The position numbers were made by a program, and so were the translations under genes. The notes below the pieces were generated by a model. It saw only the letters and a list, made by a program, of their open reading frames with translations, did no database searches and was not told the origin of the DNA. 64,000 bases of DNA from Fibrobacteria bacterium (GTDB taxonomy: Bacteria; Fibrobacterota; Fibrobacteria; UBA11236). Within the stretch, counting starts at the first letter, position 1, and each line of letters starts with the position of its first letter. Location of the stretch: positions 87,144 through 151,143 of the forward strand of contig JANYDA010000001.1 in assembly GCA_025360005.1 (NCBI GenBank). The letters are read 5' to 3'. Positions 46,529 through 56,944 of the stretch are shown in pieces.

Positions 46529-48855
46529 CCCGTTCGCCATGGTTGCCCTTCTTCGTTTGGAAAGGCCTGTTCATACTGGGTCTTTTCGCCGGGACAAAGG
46601 CGTGGTCGGCGGAAATCGATTCCAGGGAAGCGGAAGCCGGCTCGCTGGGAAACGGAGCCGCGCAGACCCCCGTTGCGAACGCCTCGGGCGGAGCCGGAGT
46701 TTCCGGCCTGGACCATGCCGGCGCTTACGCGCAGTGGGCCGACGTCGAGGGCGGAGCCGGAGGGGCTTGCGTTTTCCAAATCGTCTACGCATGCGCATCC
46801 CCCGCATCGGCCGTCATGAGCGTATATGCCAACGGCACCAGAACCCATCGCCTGACCTTCCCGGTTACCGGGAGTCCCGGAACGTTCGCAACGCTTACCG
46901 ATACCATCCCCTTGTATCCCGGGCGGGCCAATACGATCAAAATCCAGCATGACCCGGCCGACACCGGGGCCCAAATCGTGCTCGACAGAGTCGCCATCCT
47001 GGATCCCGTCCGCGAGAACCCGGATGTTTTCCAATTCATGATCCGGACCCCCGACTACGCCGCTTGGCTGTGGATCCCTCCCAAGGCCCCGTTCGTACGC
47101 GGTGTGGTCGTCGACAAATACAATCTCCTGGATCCGGCGATCGTGACCGATGCCTCCATCAGGAAAATCTGCGCGGAGGAAAAACTCGCGATTGCATACA
47201 TAATGGCCTTGAACGCAAACGCCCCGATGCTGAACCTGATGAACTTCGCGTACACGGCGGGAGCGGGCGATACCCTTTTGAACATCCTTTCCGGTCTCGC
47301 CAAAGCCTCCGGCTACCAGGAGGTCGCCCATGCTCCCATCATGACCATCGGCCATTCGGCCCAGGCGGGATTCGCGTGGCGGCCGGCCTATTGGGACAAG
47401 TCCCGCGTATTCGCGGAAGTCTCGATCAAGGCGATCCAACTGGGCGGTTATAACGGGGATAACATGGACGGCGTACCCGTTTTGCATATGGTGGGCGATT
47501 ATGATGAGTGGCAAATCAAGGACTACGATACCTACGGATGGAAATTCACCCAAACCGATTTGGGCTTGCGTGGAAACGGCGCCAACCTGGTCGCCACCGT
47601 GGTGGAATGGGGCGGCGGCCATTTTGAATTCTCCCAAGATGCGGGGAAATTGGTCGCCTTGTTCATCAAGAAGGCCGCGCAAGCGCGGATCCCGAATGCG
47701 GCGGCCATGACCAATCCCGTAACCTTGTTGCACATCAATGCGAACTCCGGTTGGCTGAACTCGGCCTACTACGATAACAGCCGCTCCTGGGAACCGAAGC
47801 CGACCGGCCAATACGACGGGGACGCAAAGAAGGCTTTCTGGTATTTCGATCAGGAGTATGCCTTTGGGTGCAGGAACTTCACCTTGGAAAGCAAGGGCGG
47901 GAAAAGGCAAATGGCCGCCTTCCTGACCAATGGGCAGCCCTCTCCGCAATATTCGGCCACCGCTTCCGCCGGGGCCATCGGCCCGCTGGACAATCTTATC
48001 CCGGAGGCGGACGGGGTAACTTTCCGGATACCTATGGCTTTTAGGCAATCGATTCCGGACTACCTGGCTCCCAACGGCGGCATGGCCTTGGAGCATGGGT
48101 CGGCCGCCCCCAATTTCAGGGTTATCGATGGCCCCCTGATCAAATTGTCGGAAGACAGATTCCGCATCGCCTACAACATCACGGCCTATTACAAATGGGA
48201 AACCTGGCTCGATGCCTATGCGCCTACGGACGGCGTTTTCGGATACATGCAGCAGCCGGCGACGCTGGACATCCCCAAGAATACCTCCGGCGCAAGCCAG
48301 ACCATCGCCTTCGGCAACCTGCCGGACATAACCGGCAATGCGGGAGAGATCACGCTGGATGGCCGCTCAAGCGCGGGAGCCCAGGTGGGATACTTCATCC
48401 TGAAAGGGCCCGCGGTGATACGCGACGGCAACAAACTTTCCTTGACGCAAATCCCGTCCCGAAGCAAGTTCCCGCTGGAAGTCACCGTAGTCGCCTACCA
48501 ATGGGGACGGAACACGGCCCCTCGCATGCAAACCGCGGCTCCGGTAGAGCGGACCTTCCGGATATTGACGCCTACGTCAATCCGGCCCGTTGCGGCCCTG
48601 CCGAGGTTGCAGGGGATGGCGGTGAAAAGAACGGGAAGGACCTTATCCGTTTCATTTTCATTGTCCCAGCCGGCTAGGATCGGCCAAAGCATTCTGGGCT
48701 TGACGGGCAGGATGGAATACGATTTGGGAACGATCGCGTATCCGCAAGGATGGCGCACCGTGGCCTGGGACGCCGGGATTTTCAGGAAGGGAAACCATAT
48801 CCTGGCCTTGAAAATCGGGGGGCAAACCTTCCGCAAAGTATTCACGCTGGATTGA
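46525..48855 (+). CDS. Secreted protein with N-terminal CBM6/CBM35-like carbohydrate-binding module and C-terminal sorting-domain-like tail
   Basis: Signal peptide; …[10 protein letters not shown]…[13 protein letters not shown]…IVLDRVAIL (CBM6-like). Large central region of unknown fold. ATGA overlap with the GH95 stop. Confidence 0.6.
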   Translation: MTRSPWLPFFVWKGLFILGLFAGTKAWSAEIDSREAEAGSLGNGAAQTPVANASGGAGVSGLDHAGAYAQWADVEGGAGGACVFQIVYACASPASAVMSVYANGTRTHRLTFPVTGSPGTFATLTDTIPLYPGRANTIKIQHDPADTGAQIVLDRVAILDPVRENPDVFQFMIRTPDYAAWLWIPPKAPFVRGVVVDKYNLLDPAIVTDASIRKICAEEKLAIAYIMALNANAPMLNLMNFAYTAGAGDTLLNILSGLAKASGYQEVAHAPIMTIGHSAQAGFAWRPAYWDKSRVFAEVSIKAIQLGGYNGDNMDGVPVLHMVGDYDEWQIKDYDTYGWKFTQTDLGLRGNGANLVATVVEWGGGHFEFSQDAGKLVALFIKKAAQARIPNAAAMTNPVTLLHINANSGWLNSAYYDNSRSWEPKPTGQYDGDAKKAFWYFDQEYAFGCRNFTLESKGGKRQMAAFLTNGQPSPQYSATASAGAIGPLDNLIPEADGVTFRIPMAFRQSIPDYLAPNGGMALEHGSAAPNFRVIDGPLIKLSEDRFRIAYNITAYYKWETWLDAYAPTDGVFGYMQQPATLDIPKNTSGASQTIAFGNLPDITGNAGEITLDGRSSAGAQVGYFILKGPAVIRDGNKLSLTQIPSRSKFPLEVTVVAYQWGRNTAPRMQTAAPVERTFRILTPTSIRPVAALPRLQGMAVKRTGRTLSVSFSLSQPARIGQSILGLTGRMEYDLGTIAYPQGWRTVAWDAGIFRKGNHILALKIGGQTFRKVFTLD

Positions 48856-48869
48856 TAGGCTCCGGTTTT

Positions 48870-50285
48870 TCAGAACCCCCAGGTAAGGCGCGTCAAGTAA
48901 TAGAATTGCCGCTTGGGATCGGTCAGTACCGTGCGGGTGGTGAGGTTGTAATTGAGATCGATGAGACGCAGGTGATCGGAAGCCACCTGCAATACCACGG
49001 TCAGCCCGAAAGGGAACTTTTTCTTGGCGAAAACCGACCAACGCCAATCGTCCTTATGCCCCACGCTATCCGTATCCCAATGATCCGCTGCATACCCTAT
49101 GGGAAGCGGGGTATTGCCCGTCAGTTGCGTGCTCCAATCATTCGCGTAAGGATTCCGCAGGTATTCGGCCTGGAGGCATAGGATATCCGCCGCCCCAAAG
49201 GCCGGTAAATTTATGCCGGCCATTACGGGCATGCGGTCGATCCGTTTTGTGAAATAGACCGGATAGTTTTTGACGCCGAGCAAAGCCACTTCGGAAAAGA
49301 TGCGCAAGTCTTCCTCGCCCAACCCCGCCTTCCCCTCCAGGCCGAACAGGGCCTTGAGATCCAAGGCCAGGCGCCCCATCAATTTGGTGGACTGATAGGT
49401 ATAATACTGTTTGGAAAGCGATTTGACGGCGGTGGTATCCTGGGCAATGGCCGATCCCGAATATGCCCCTCCCGCGGTGTCGAGGGAAGCATAGTCCCCG
49501 GCCGGCACGAAAACCTTGCGGGACCCGTCATGGATATCCGCAATCGAATCTCCCGCGAAGTGGAAGTAGTAATAATTCCTGGGGGTGGTGAAAGACGGCC
49601 GCGCGGGAAGCACCCGATCAAAGCTGATCCCGCCGCCTATTTCCAGCGCCCGGCCCAAATGGAGCGAGCCCAGATAGGTCAGGCTCATATCGTAAAGCGG
49701 ATAGCGGTTGGTCTCCGAGGTAAACAGGATGTGGTTTTCCATCCTTCCATTCCAGGCATGGTTCTCCAGATCGACGCCCAGCAGGCCGGCCCGCGCGTCA
49801 TCGGCTATGATATAGCCGCCGGTTTGCAAGGTGAGCGGATAGGCGCTGGAGCGGAAAAGGTATTCGCCCAGGTTGCGCGCGTCCTGATTGTACTTCAGCG
49901 GGAATTGGCCCAAGGTCATTTTCAAATAAGGATTGCCGGGATCCCCGAAGCTATAGTCCAGGGAGGCTTGGGATATCCCGAAAATGAACATGCGCTGTTC
50001 CGTCTGGATGAAATTCAATTCGGTCGGGAAGGCATAGAAGTACATGCCGCCCAGCCCTAAGCGGAAGCGGAGCCTGCCGTTGACTACCGCTTCGTCATCC
50101 ACCCAGACACCCAGGCGGTTGATTACCTGATTCGAATACCCTTCCCCTTTGACTCCGTATACCAACGAATCGATCATCCCTCCTTCAAAGGTGCCCAGGA
50201 AGGAAATCGGCTTCCGCTCGATGTCCATGGGCGCGGCGGCTGAGACGAAAACGGCTAGCAGAAACAAAATCATTCGCATCGGCAT
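48870..50285 (-). CDS. Outer-membrane beta-barrel protein (porin-like), last gene of a minus-strand operon
   Basis: Signal peptide MPMRMILFLLAVFVSAAA; amphipathic beta-strand pattern throughout; C-terminal …LTRLTWGF ending in Phe. 471 aa. Confidence 0.55.
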   Translation of the reverse strand: MPMRMILFLLAVFVSAAAPMDIERKPISFLGTFEGGMIDSLVYGVKGEGYSNQVINRLGVWVDDEAVVNGRLRFRLGLGGMYFYAFPTELNFIQTEQRMFIFGISQASLDYSFGDPGNPYLKMTLGQFPLKYNQDARNLGEYLFRSSAYPLTLQTGGYIIADDARAGLLGVDLENHAWNGRMENHILFTSETNRYPLYDMSLTYLGSLHLGRALEIGGGISFDRVLPARPSFTTPRNYYYFHFAGDSIADIHDGSRKVFVPAGDYASLDTAGGAYSGSAIAQDTTAVKSLSKQYYTYQSTKLMGRLALDLKALFGLEGKAGLGEEDLRIFSEVALLGVKNYPVYFTKRIDRMPVMAGINLPAFGAADILCLQAEYLRNPYANDWSTQLTGNTPLPIGYAADHWDTDSVGHKDDWRWSVFAKKKFPFGLTVVLQVASDHLRLIDLNYNLTTRTVLTDPKRQFYYLTRLTWGF

Positions 50286-50321
50286 GGAGGAACCCTTTTG
50301 GAATCGGAGTGGACTTGCGCT

Positions 50322-51740
50322 TCAGGGCCCGGAAAGGCCGGCGCGCTCGGGTATTGGCAGGGCGCGGCCGTTGAGAATGAACCATCCAGGCTCGTGCCCG
50401 GGCGCCGGAAAGGTGAACGAGCCTTGATTGGCCCGGTCGATCCTGTCCATGCTTGCCTTGAGAGGCGAGGGCAAGGATGGCGATCCGCGCCGGATAGCCG
50501 TGGCCCGGGGAACCTGCAGATAGATTTGCACCCCGTTCTTACTCGATACCACGATGTCGGGGAATCCGTCCTTGTCCAGATCAGCCACTTGGAACTGCGT
50601 CCCCACGCCGGAGTGATCCGCTTTGATGACATAGTAGTCGAATTTCGGGTTGGCTCCCGGCGTGACCTTGACCCAGTACAATTCGGCCGGTTCCTGATCC
50701 CCCTTGGATCCGCTATGCGCCCACTTCCGCTTTCCGCCTACCACGTCCGGAATCCCGTCCCCGTCCAAATCCGCTTGGTACAAGGCGTGGTTGGTGAAAG
50801 GAACGGGGTTGATCATGTTCTGCTTCCAGGCATTGTTCCCCAGGTTCTCCACCCACCAGATTCCGGGGCCGTGGGAGGACGCGGAGATAAAATCCATCTT
50901 CCCATCCTGGTTGAAATCGTAGGGAAGCATATGGCTCATGGCGTTTCCGCCGTCGGTTTGCAGGATTGTCGCGTTGAGGAAATTCGCGGCGGTATACACC
51001 CAGGCTCCCGTACCGTTGGCAGGCTGTTTATACCATCCCAGCGAGTGCACCAGATCCGGTTTGCCGTCCCCGTCCAGATCGAAAACCCCCATGCCATGGC
51101 TGAACACATAGCTGTATTGGCCTTTGCCGGCCGGGCAGATTTTGGTTTCCACGAAATTGCCGGCATTGTCGGGCGTCCAATAGCTCCAGCTGTTGTCGCC
51201 ATAGTTGGAGGTCACCAGGGATTTTTTCCCGGAGCCGTTGATGTCCCCGAACCAGGATTGTTCTACGCCGTAGGAATACCCCTGGCCCGCTCCCAGCACG
51301 TGCGCGGTCCAGGACGAATTGGTTTTGCTTCCCTTGGGGTTCTCGTACCAAGTGGGATGATCCCCGTGATAGGGCACCACCAACTCGTCGGGCCAGCCGT
51401 CTCCGTTGAAATCCGCCACGAACGCGCCGTGGCAATTACTATACCGGCCGGGATCGTAATAACCGTTGGCGGCGCGCGCATTCGTCCCCACCGCGGGATG
51501 GATGGGATGCCGGATCCAAGCGCCGGCCATTTGGGGATTGGGCGATTCATACCAGTAATCGCCCACGTACAGATCGTTCTTCCCATCCCCATCCACGTCC
51601 GCAACGCCCACCCCTTCGGAAACGAACAGGCTGTCCACCACGTAATGATCGAATTGGATGGGACCGCTGATAAGCCGTTCCGCATTCGCCGCGCAGCATA
51701 GGATGCCTACGGTCGAGAAGATCAAATCCACGTTTCGCAT
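50322..51740 (-). CDS. FG-GAP/VCBS-repeat beta-propeller protein, secreted
   Basis: Six Ca-binding-type repeats (DVDGDGKNDL, DFNGDGWPDE, DLDGDGKPDL, DFNQDGKMDF, DLDGDGIPDV, DLDKDGFPDI); signal peptide. Confidence 0.75.
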   Translation of the reverse strand: MRNVDLIFSTVGILCCAANAERLISGPIQFDHYVVDSLFVSEGVGVADVDGDGKNDLYVGDYWYESPNPQMAGAWIRHPIHPAVGTNARAANGYYDPGRYSNCHGAFVADFNGDGWPDELVVPYHGDHPTWYENPKGSKTNSSWTAHVLGAGQGYSYGVEQSWFGDINGSGKKSLVTSNYGDNSWSYWTPDNAGNFVETKICPAGKGQYSYVFSHGMGVFDLDGDGKPDLVHSLGWYKQPANGTGAWVYTAANFLNATILQTDGGNAMSHMLPYDFNQDGKMDFISASSHGPGIWWVENLGNNAWKQNMINPVPFTNHALYQADLDGDGIPDVVGGKRKWAHSGSKGDQEPAELYWVKVTPGANPKFDYYVIKADHSGVGTQFQVADLDKDGFPDIVVSSKNGVQIYLQVPRATAIRRGSPSLPSPLKASMDRIDRANQGSFTFPAPGHEPGWFILNGRALPIPERAGLSGP

Positions 51741-51753
51741 TCGCTTCCCTTGG

Positions 51754-53436
51754 TCAGAATATGATTTTGGCCGTCACTACGCCTTCGGCCGCGACAACCT
51801 TCAATAAATAAAGACCGGGACGCAATGAGGCGGGCACTCGGTACTCCTGCGGAATGGTTCCCTGGACCGAGAACGCCAGCACCCCGTTCGGATCCCAGAG
51901 TGAAATGGAGTGGGCGCCGGATGAACCGATGGAAATGAGCCGCGATCGCATTCGCAGCCAGCCCGCATCCCTGAGACCCAGGATGGGCGTAGCATTCGCC
52001 GCCGGGAAAAGTCCAGCGTCCTTGCAAGCGCCGGTATAGCGTATCCGGAACAGCCCTCCCTCATAGGACACGAAATACAGAACGCCATCCGGACCATGCT
52101 GCATATCCACGATTTGACCCGGATAGGAAAGCTGCGCGAATATTTTCACATCGCCCGTGATACTGTCCAAACTCGGGTTCATGCTCCAAAGGTGGAATCC
52201 ATAGGAAACATTCCGGCAATCCGCCACCAGCCATTTCCGATCGAATTGCGGCGGGAATCCCGATGGGGGCAGATTCCTCCCGTCATACCGGAACAAAGGT
52301 CCCGAGGTGGGGCATCCCTTGGTGCGCTCATACAGGGCGTTGTGGTTGGGCGGAAGCTTGTGCACGGGGACATCGGGATTGTTGTTGACGATATTGTTCC
52401 TGTCGTGGATGGGCGGGATGGGGATCCCATACAGCGTCCCGCTGCCCGCGCCGTTCCTGGCCAAATGCTCGGGACCCATTTCGTAACGCGCCGCGAAGTA
52501 AGGCCAACCGCCGTAGAAGGGTTCTTTGATAACGTCGAACTCTTCCAGGGGAACCGCATTGTTGGGATTGGTATTCGGATCCGGATCGGGACCGAACTCC
52601 GAAAACAGCATGCGGCCGCTTACGGAATCCGAATGGAGGGTGTAGACGTTCCGATTGCCTTTGATATAGAGTTCCGGACGCACTTTGGCGGAATCGGAAT
52701 AGTCGTCCGCGAGCAACGGATTACCGGAAGCGCGGTATTTGGCCGCGAAGAACTCGCCGAAATTCCCGGGCGGTACGCCGTATCCCCTTGCGCCATTGTC
52801 GGGATGGATGCGCAGGATGGCGCCGCGCAGGTCCTTGGTATTCCCTGGCCCCAGTTCCATGGTTTGATTGTCTCCCACGGCGATCCACAAATTCCCTTTG
52901 GCATCGAAGCTCATTACGCCGCCGGTATGCCAATGATTGCGGCCGCTGGGGATTTTCAGGAGGATTTTTTCCGAAGCCGGATCGATGTTTCCGTCCGGGG
53001 CCAGGGCGAACCTGGAGATACGGAACGAGGACTCGGCGGGTTGCCCGCTTTTATTCTGGAAGGAGTAGTTGAAATAGATGAATCGGTTTCGTTGAAAATC
53101 CGGATCCAAGGCTATTCCAATCAAACCATCTTCGTTACTGGTCGCCGCGGGCAGATTGCCGATTGTGGTCACCTGGCCGGTGGCCCCGTCGAATTTCCGC
53201 ACGGCACCGGACTTTTCGGTGAAGTAAACCTCGACATTATGATCCGGCCGTTCGGCAACGGTCAATTTGGTGGGGCCGTTGGCCCCCGTCAACGGTTTGG
53301 CCAGGTTCTCGATCAGGAAGTTCTGGTCGCTCGCCTGGCATCCCTTGTACGTCCCCAAATCCACCGCCCGGGCAAGGCCCGCGAAAGAGAATAGGATGAA
53401 ACAAGGCCACAGGGCGCGTTTGCCGACTTCATACAT
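51754..53436 (-). CDS. PQQ-dependent soluble sugar dehydrogenase-family beta-propeller with C-terminal sorting-domain-like tail; paralogue of 23788-25212
   Basis: …LIGIALDPDF…, GAILRIHPDNG (sGDH GK/AILRI motif); signal peptide; terminal …PGLYLLKVVAAEGVVTAKIIF typical of T9SS-type CTDs. Confidence 0.7.
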   Translation of the reverse strand: MYEVGKRALWPCFILFSFAGLARAVDLGTYKGCQASDQNFLIENLAKPLTGANGPTKLTVAERPDHNVEVYFTEKSGAVRKFDGATGQVTTIGNLPAATSNEDGLIGIALDPDFQRNRFIYFNYSFQNKSGQPAESSFRISRFALAPDGNIDPASEKILLKIPSGRNHWHTGGVMSFDAKGNLWIAVGDNQTMELGPGNTKDLRGAILRIHPDNGARGYGVPPGNFGEFFAAKYRASGNPLLADDYSDSAKVRPELYIKGNRNVYTLHSDSVSGRMLFSEFGPDPDPNTNPNNAVPLEEFDVIKEPFYGGWPYFAARYEMGPEHLARNGAGSGTLYGIPIPPIHDRNNIVNNNPDVPVHKLPPNHNALYERTKGCPTSGPLFRYDGRNLPPSGFPPQFDRKWLVADCRNVSYGFHLWSMNPSLDSITGDVKIFAQLSYPGQIVDMQHGPDGVLYFVSYEGGLFRIRYTGACKDAGLFPAANATPILGLRDAGWLRMRSRLISIGSSGAHSISLWDPNGVLAFSVQGTIPQEYRVPASLRPGLYLLKVVAAEGVVTAKIIF

Positions 53437-53656
53437 ATTCCCAACCTAGCGGTTTTAATGGTCAGGACGGGGATATTTTCCTCGGCAGGAAGGAAAATCG
53501 CTGCCCGATACGCAGCGGATTCTCATGCGGCGCGCCGTTTATGCCCTTGCTCTTTCCGGCCAAGTCTTAACTTCCTGCATTCAGGCGCGAGGCATGGCCA
53601 CGCTTACGCGCCCACCCGGGGAAATCACGGCCGTGTTCGATCGAGTGCGATATTTC

Positions 53657-54928
53657 ATGAAGAAACCGTTCCTTCGCCGTTACCTCCCCTATTCCCTGCT
53701 GCTGTTGGGATCCACCCTGCATACCGCCGAAGCCTTCACCCATCCGGGTCTGTTGGATACCCGCCTGGATTTGCAACGCATGAAAAAGGAAGTGGCCGCT
53801 GGCACGCATCCTTACCTTGACGGCTGGAACAAATTGCGCCAGGATCCGCACGCCTCCCCCGCTTACAATCCGCTTCCCTGGGATACCGTCACGCGCACCC
53901 TGGGCGCGGTAGGCACGGGCTTTCAGGATTTGAACTCGGACGCCCTGGCGGCCTATTACAACGCCATCGCATGGAACATCACCGGTGACAGCGCCCGCGC
54001 CCGCAAGTCCGTGGAAATCCTGAACGCCTGGTCCGGCCGGTTGCAGGCTATCGAAGGCGACGGCGATAAGTATTTGGTGGCCGGCATTTACGGATCGCAA
54101 CTGCTCTTCGCCGCGGAAATCATCCGGCATACCTATGCCGGTTGGAAACCGGCGGATATAAACCGCTTCACGGATCTGATGCTGCGGGTCTTCTATCCGC
54201 TGAACCATGATTTCCTGATCCATCACAACGGTTCGCGCGTGGATCATTATTTCGCCAATTGGGATGCCTGCCAAATGCTGGCCATCGCGGCCTTGGGGGT
54301 GTTTCTCGACGACTCGGCCAAATACCTGGAAGCCACGGAATATTTCAAATCCGGCCGCGGCAACGGTTGCATCCTGAAGGCGGTATGGGACGGGGAAACC
54401 GGCCAATTGCAGGAAAGCGGACGCGATCAGGCGCATGCCCAATTAGGCATCGGGCTGCTGGCCGAGCTTTGTGAAATCGCCTGGAGCCAAGGGGACGATC
54501 TGTACGGATTCGCCGGCAACCGCCTGCTAAAAGGTTTCGAGTACACCGCCGGCTATTTACTGGGCAACGACGTCCCCTTCAAGATCTATTCCGATTCCAG
54601 CCGCACCTTTACCGTCATCTCCGCGGTGAATCGGGAACAGCGCCGGCCCATTTACGAAATGGTCTGGAACCATTACGAAAACCGCCGCGGCACCCCGGCA
54701 CCCTACACCAGACAATTGGCCGAGGCGATCCGACCCGAAGGCTACCATGCCGATCATCCCGGCTTCGGAACCTTGTTCTTCACTTTGCCGCGCCTTCCCA
54801 TCGCCATGCAAAAGCCGCGTCCCATGGGGGCCCGGCCCGGAGAAGAAACCTTTGTCGACGCCTTGGGCAAAATAAGCCCAGGCAAACTTTCCAGGAAGGA
54901 ATATCCATGTCCCAAAACAAGCGGTTAG
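53657..54928 (+). CDS. Alginate-lyase-family polysaccharide lyase, secreted; paralogue B
   Basis: The track ORF starts at 53525; likely start MKKPFLRRYLPYSLLLLGSTLHTAEA (signal peptide). FTHPGLLDTRLDLQRMKK…GRDQAHAQLGIGLLAELCEIAWSQGDDLYG…LLKGFEYTAGY parallels paralogue A. Confidence 0.65.
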   Translation: MKKPFLRRYLPYSLLLLGSTLHTAEAFTHPGLLDTRLDLQRMKKEVAAGTHPYLDGWNKLRQDPHASPAYNPLPWDTVTRTLGAVGTGFQDLNSDALAAYYNAIAWNITGDSARARKSVEILNAWSGRLQAIEGDGDKYLVAGIYGSQLLFAAEIIRHTYAGWKPADINRFTDLMLRVFYPLNHDFLIHHNGSRVDHYFANWDACQMLAIAALGVFLDDSAKYLEATEYFKSGRGNGCILKAVWDGETGQLQESGRDQAHAQLGIGLLAELCEIAWSQGDDLYGFAGNRLLKGFEYTAGYLLGNDVPFKIYSDSSRTFTVISAVNREQRRPIYEMVWNHYENRRGTPAPYTRQLAEAIRPEGYHADHPGFGTLFFTLPRLPIAMQKPRPMGARPGEETFVDALGKISPGKLSRKEYPCPKTSG

Positions 54929-56043
54929 CCCCCAAAAAACTCTGGTTGATTTTGCTGGGCGCCTTGGCGTCATCGGCGGCGGCCGCGGAAGATTCGGCGT
55001 GGGTGCAAATTTTCAACGGCAAGGATATGTCCGACTGGGATATCAAATTCCAACATCATCCTCTGAATGAAAATTTCCGCAACACCTACAAGGTGGTCAA
55101 TGGCCTCTTGACCGTCGACTACGGCGCTTGGCCGGACTTTCCCAGCTTCGGCCATGCGGCTTACAAGGTGCGGCCTTTCACCCATTACCTGTTGCGGTCC
55201 GAATACCAGGTGTGGGGAAAGCAGGCTCCGGGAGGCCCCGGTTGGGCCGTGGAGAACAACGGTTTCATGCTCCACTCCCAATCCATGGCGAGCATGGGCC
55301 TGGATCAGGACTTCCCCATCAGCCTGGAAGCCCAGCTATTGGGCCCCCACAATGGTTCGGGCTCGCCGAATGCCAAAGGCACCATGAATCTGTGCACGCC
55401 CGGCACGGCCTTCTATACCACGCCCAGCGGCGGCAGCGTTGTGACCAGCCATTGCCTGTCGGCGACGGCGAATCCGCGCGCTCCCGTGGATACGGGGTGG
55501 GAACGGGTTTCGGCGCTGGTGCTCGCGGATTCCCTGCTCCAGTTCCGAGTGGACGATAAATCCGTGCTGGAATTCTACCGGCCGGTCTATTGGAAGGGGA
55601 ATGTGTCCGGAGATACCCTCCATGCCCCCGCAAACGGCACGCCCTTGACCGGCGGATATATCACCATCCAAGCGGAAAGCGCGCCTTACCGGTTCAGGAA
55701 AATCGAAGTCTTGAATCTGGTGGGCTGCATGGATAAAAAGTCTCCCGCCTACCGCTCCTATTTCGTGAAAAATGATCCGGCCGCCTGCTCGGCCACGGTC
55801 TTGGATGCGCCGGGGGCATCCGCCTCCTGGGGCCTCAGCATGGAAGAAGATGCGGACGGCATCTCCCTGCGCGGATCCCAGGCCGGCATCCTGGAATTGC
55901 GTGCGCTTTCCGGAGCCATCCTGCAACGCTATCCGGAGGCGCAATCCTTCCAAAGGCATATCCGGCTTCCTGGCCGGGGAGTGTACCTGATAACGTGGAA
56001 AACCGGGCGCGGAACCTGGATTAAGAAGTGGGGAATGCCATGA
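54907..56043 (+). CDS. DUF1080 (3-keto-disaccharide hydrolase-like) secreted protein with sorting-domain-like tail
   Basis: …WVQIFNGKDMSDWDIKF…ENNGFMLHSQ…GWERVSALVLADSLLQFRVDDKSVLEF…GYITIQAESAPYRFRKIEV is the classic DUF1080 jelly-roll. Signal peptide. Confidence 0.8.
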   Translation: MSQNKRLAPKKLWLILLGALASSAAAAEDSAWVQIFNGKDMSDWDIKFQHHPLNENFRNTYKVVNGLLTVDYGAWPDFPSFGHAAYKVRPFTHYLLRSEYQVWGKQAPGGPGWAVENNGFMLHSQSMASMGLDQDFPISLEAQLLGPHNGSGSPNAKGTMNLCTPGTAFYTTPSGGSVVTSHCLSATANPRAPVDTGWERVSALVLADSLLQFRVDDKSVLEFYRPVYWKGNVSGDTLHAPANGTPLTGGYITIQAESAPYRFRKIEVLNLVGCMDKKSPAYRSYFVKNDPAACSATVLDAPGASASWGLSMEEDADGISLRGSQAGILELRALSGAILQRYPEAQSFQRHIRLPGRGVYLITWKTGRGTWIKKWGMP

Positions 56044-56924
56044 AGTATTCGATGAACATGTTGCTATGGAGCGATTGCGTTCTGGAGGAAAAATATTTCC
56101 CTCTCTTTGATCGGCTTAAGGAAATGGGATTCGACGGGATTGAAATCCCCGTTTTCGATCCGCAACCGGATAAATACGCGGCCCTGGGCCGGAGGCTGGA
56201 CGCCGTGGGATTGGAACGCACGGCGGTAACGGTAGCCGGTCGGGAAGCGAATCCCATCAGTCCTGATCCCGCCAACCGTAAACGCGCGGTGGAAAACCTC
56301 AAGAAAGTATTGGACTGCTGCCAAAGCGGCGGGATGGAGATATTGGTCGGACCCTACTATGCCGCCATCGGCGAGTTCACGGGCCAAGCGCCCACCGGGG
56401 ACGAATGGAAATGGGGATTGGAAAGCATGCGGCAGGTAGCGGAGTACGGGCGGAAACTGGGCGTAGGCCTGGCGCTGGAATTCCTTAACCGCTTCGAGAT
56501 CTATTTCCTCAACTGCGCCGCCGATACGGACCGGTTCGTCCGGGAAATCGGCATTCCAGGCTGCGGCAGCCTCTACGATACTTTCCACGCCAACATCGAG
56601 GAAAAATCGGCCTCCCTTGCCATCGAAAAAATCGCGGGAACGTTGCGGCAAGTGCATATCTCCGAAAACGATCGCAGCACCCCGGGACTAGGAAACGTAG
56701 CCTGGGAGGAAACCTTTCTTTCCCTGCAGCGGGTGGGGTATGATGGCTGGCTTACCATCGAAGCGTTCGGCATGGCCATGCCCGCCTTGTCGGCGGCGAC
56801 CAAGATTTGGCGCCGGATGTTCCAGGACGAAGAGAAGCTCGCCAGGGACGGCCTGGCCTTCATGAAAAAAATGGCCGCGGGCGGACCCGGAAGGAGCGCC
56901 CTTTTGGAAAAGCCGCTCCCCTGA
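56040..56924 (+). CDS. Sugar phosphate isomerase/epimerase (xylose-isomerase-like TIM barrel)
   Basis: …FDGIEIPVFD…GLALEFLNRFE…HISENDRSTPGLGNVAWEETFLSLQRVGYDGWLTIEAF… ATGA overlap with the DUF1080 stop. Confidence 0.85.
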   Translation: MKYSMNMLLWSDCVLEEKYFPLFDRLKEMGFDGIEIPVFDPQPDKYAALGRRLDAVGLERTAVTVAGREANPISPDPANRKRAVENLKKVLDCCQSGGMEILVGPYYAAIGEFTGQAPTGDEWKWGLESMRQVAEYGRKLGVGLALEFLNRFEIYFLNCAADTDRFVREIGIPGCGSLYDTFHANIEEKSASLAIEKIAGTLRQVHISENDRSTPGLGNVAWEETFLSLQRVGYDGWLTIEAFGMAMPALSAATKIWRRMFQDEEKLARDGLAFMKKMAAGGPGRSALLEKPLP

Positions 56925-56944
56925 AGGGGTAACGGGTACTTTCA

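Noticed and set aside
46468-48096. 542-aa minus-strand ORF
   Set aside because: Antisense to the CBM-containing secreted protein gene (46525-48855). No motifs, and Arg/Gly-rich shadow composition.
50298-53394. Plus-strand ORFs of 467 aa and 432 aa
   Set aside because: Antisense to the FG-GAP and PQQ-dehydrogenase genes. The minus-strand products carry repeated Ca-binding FG-GAP motifs and the sGDH signature.
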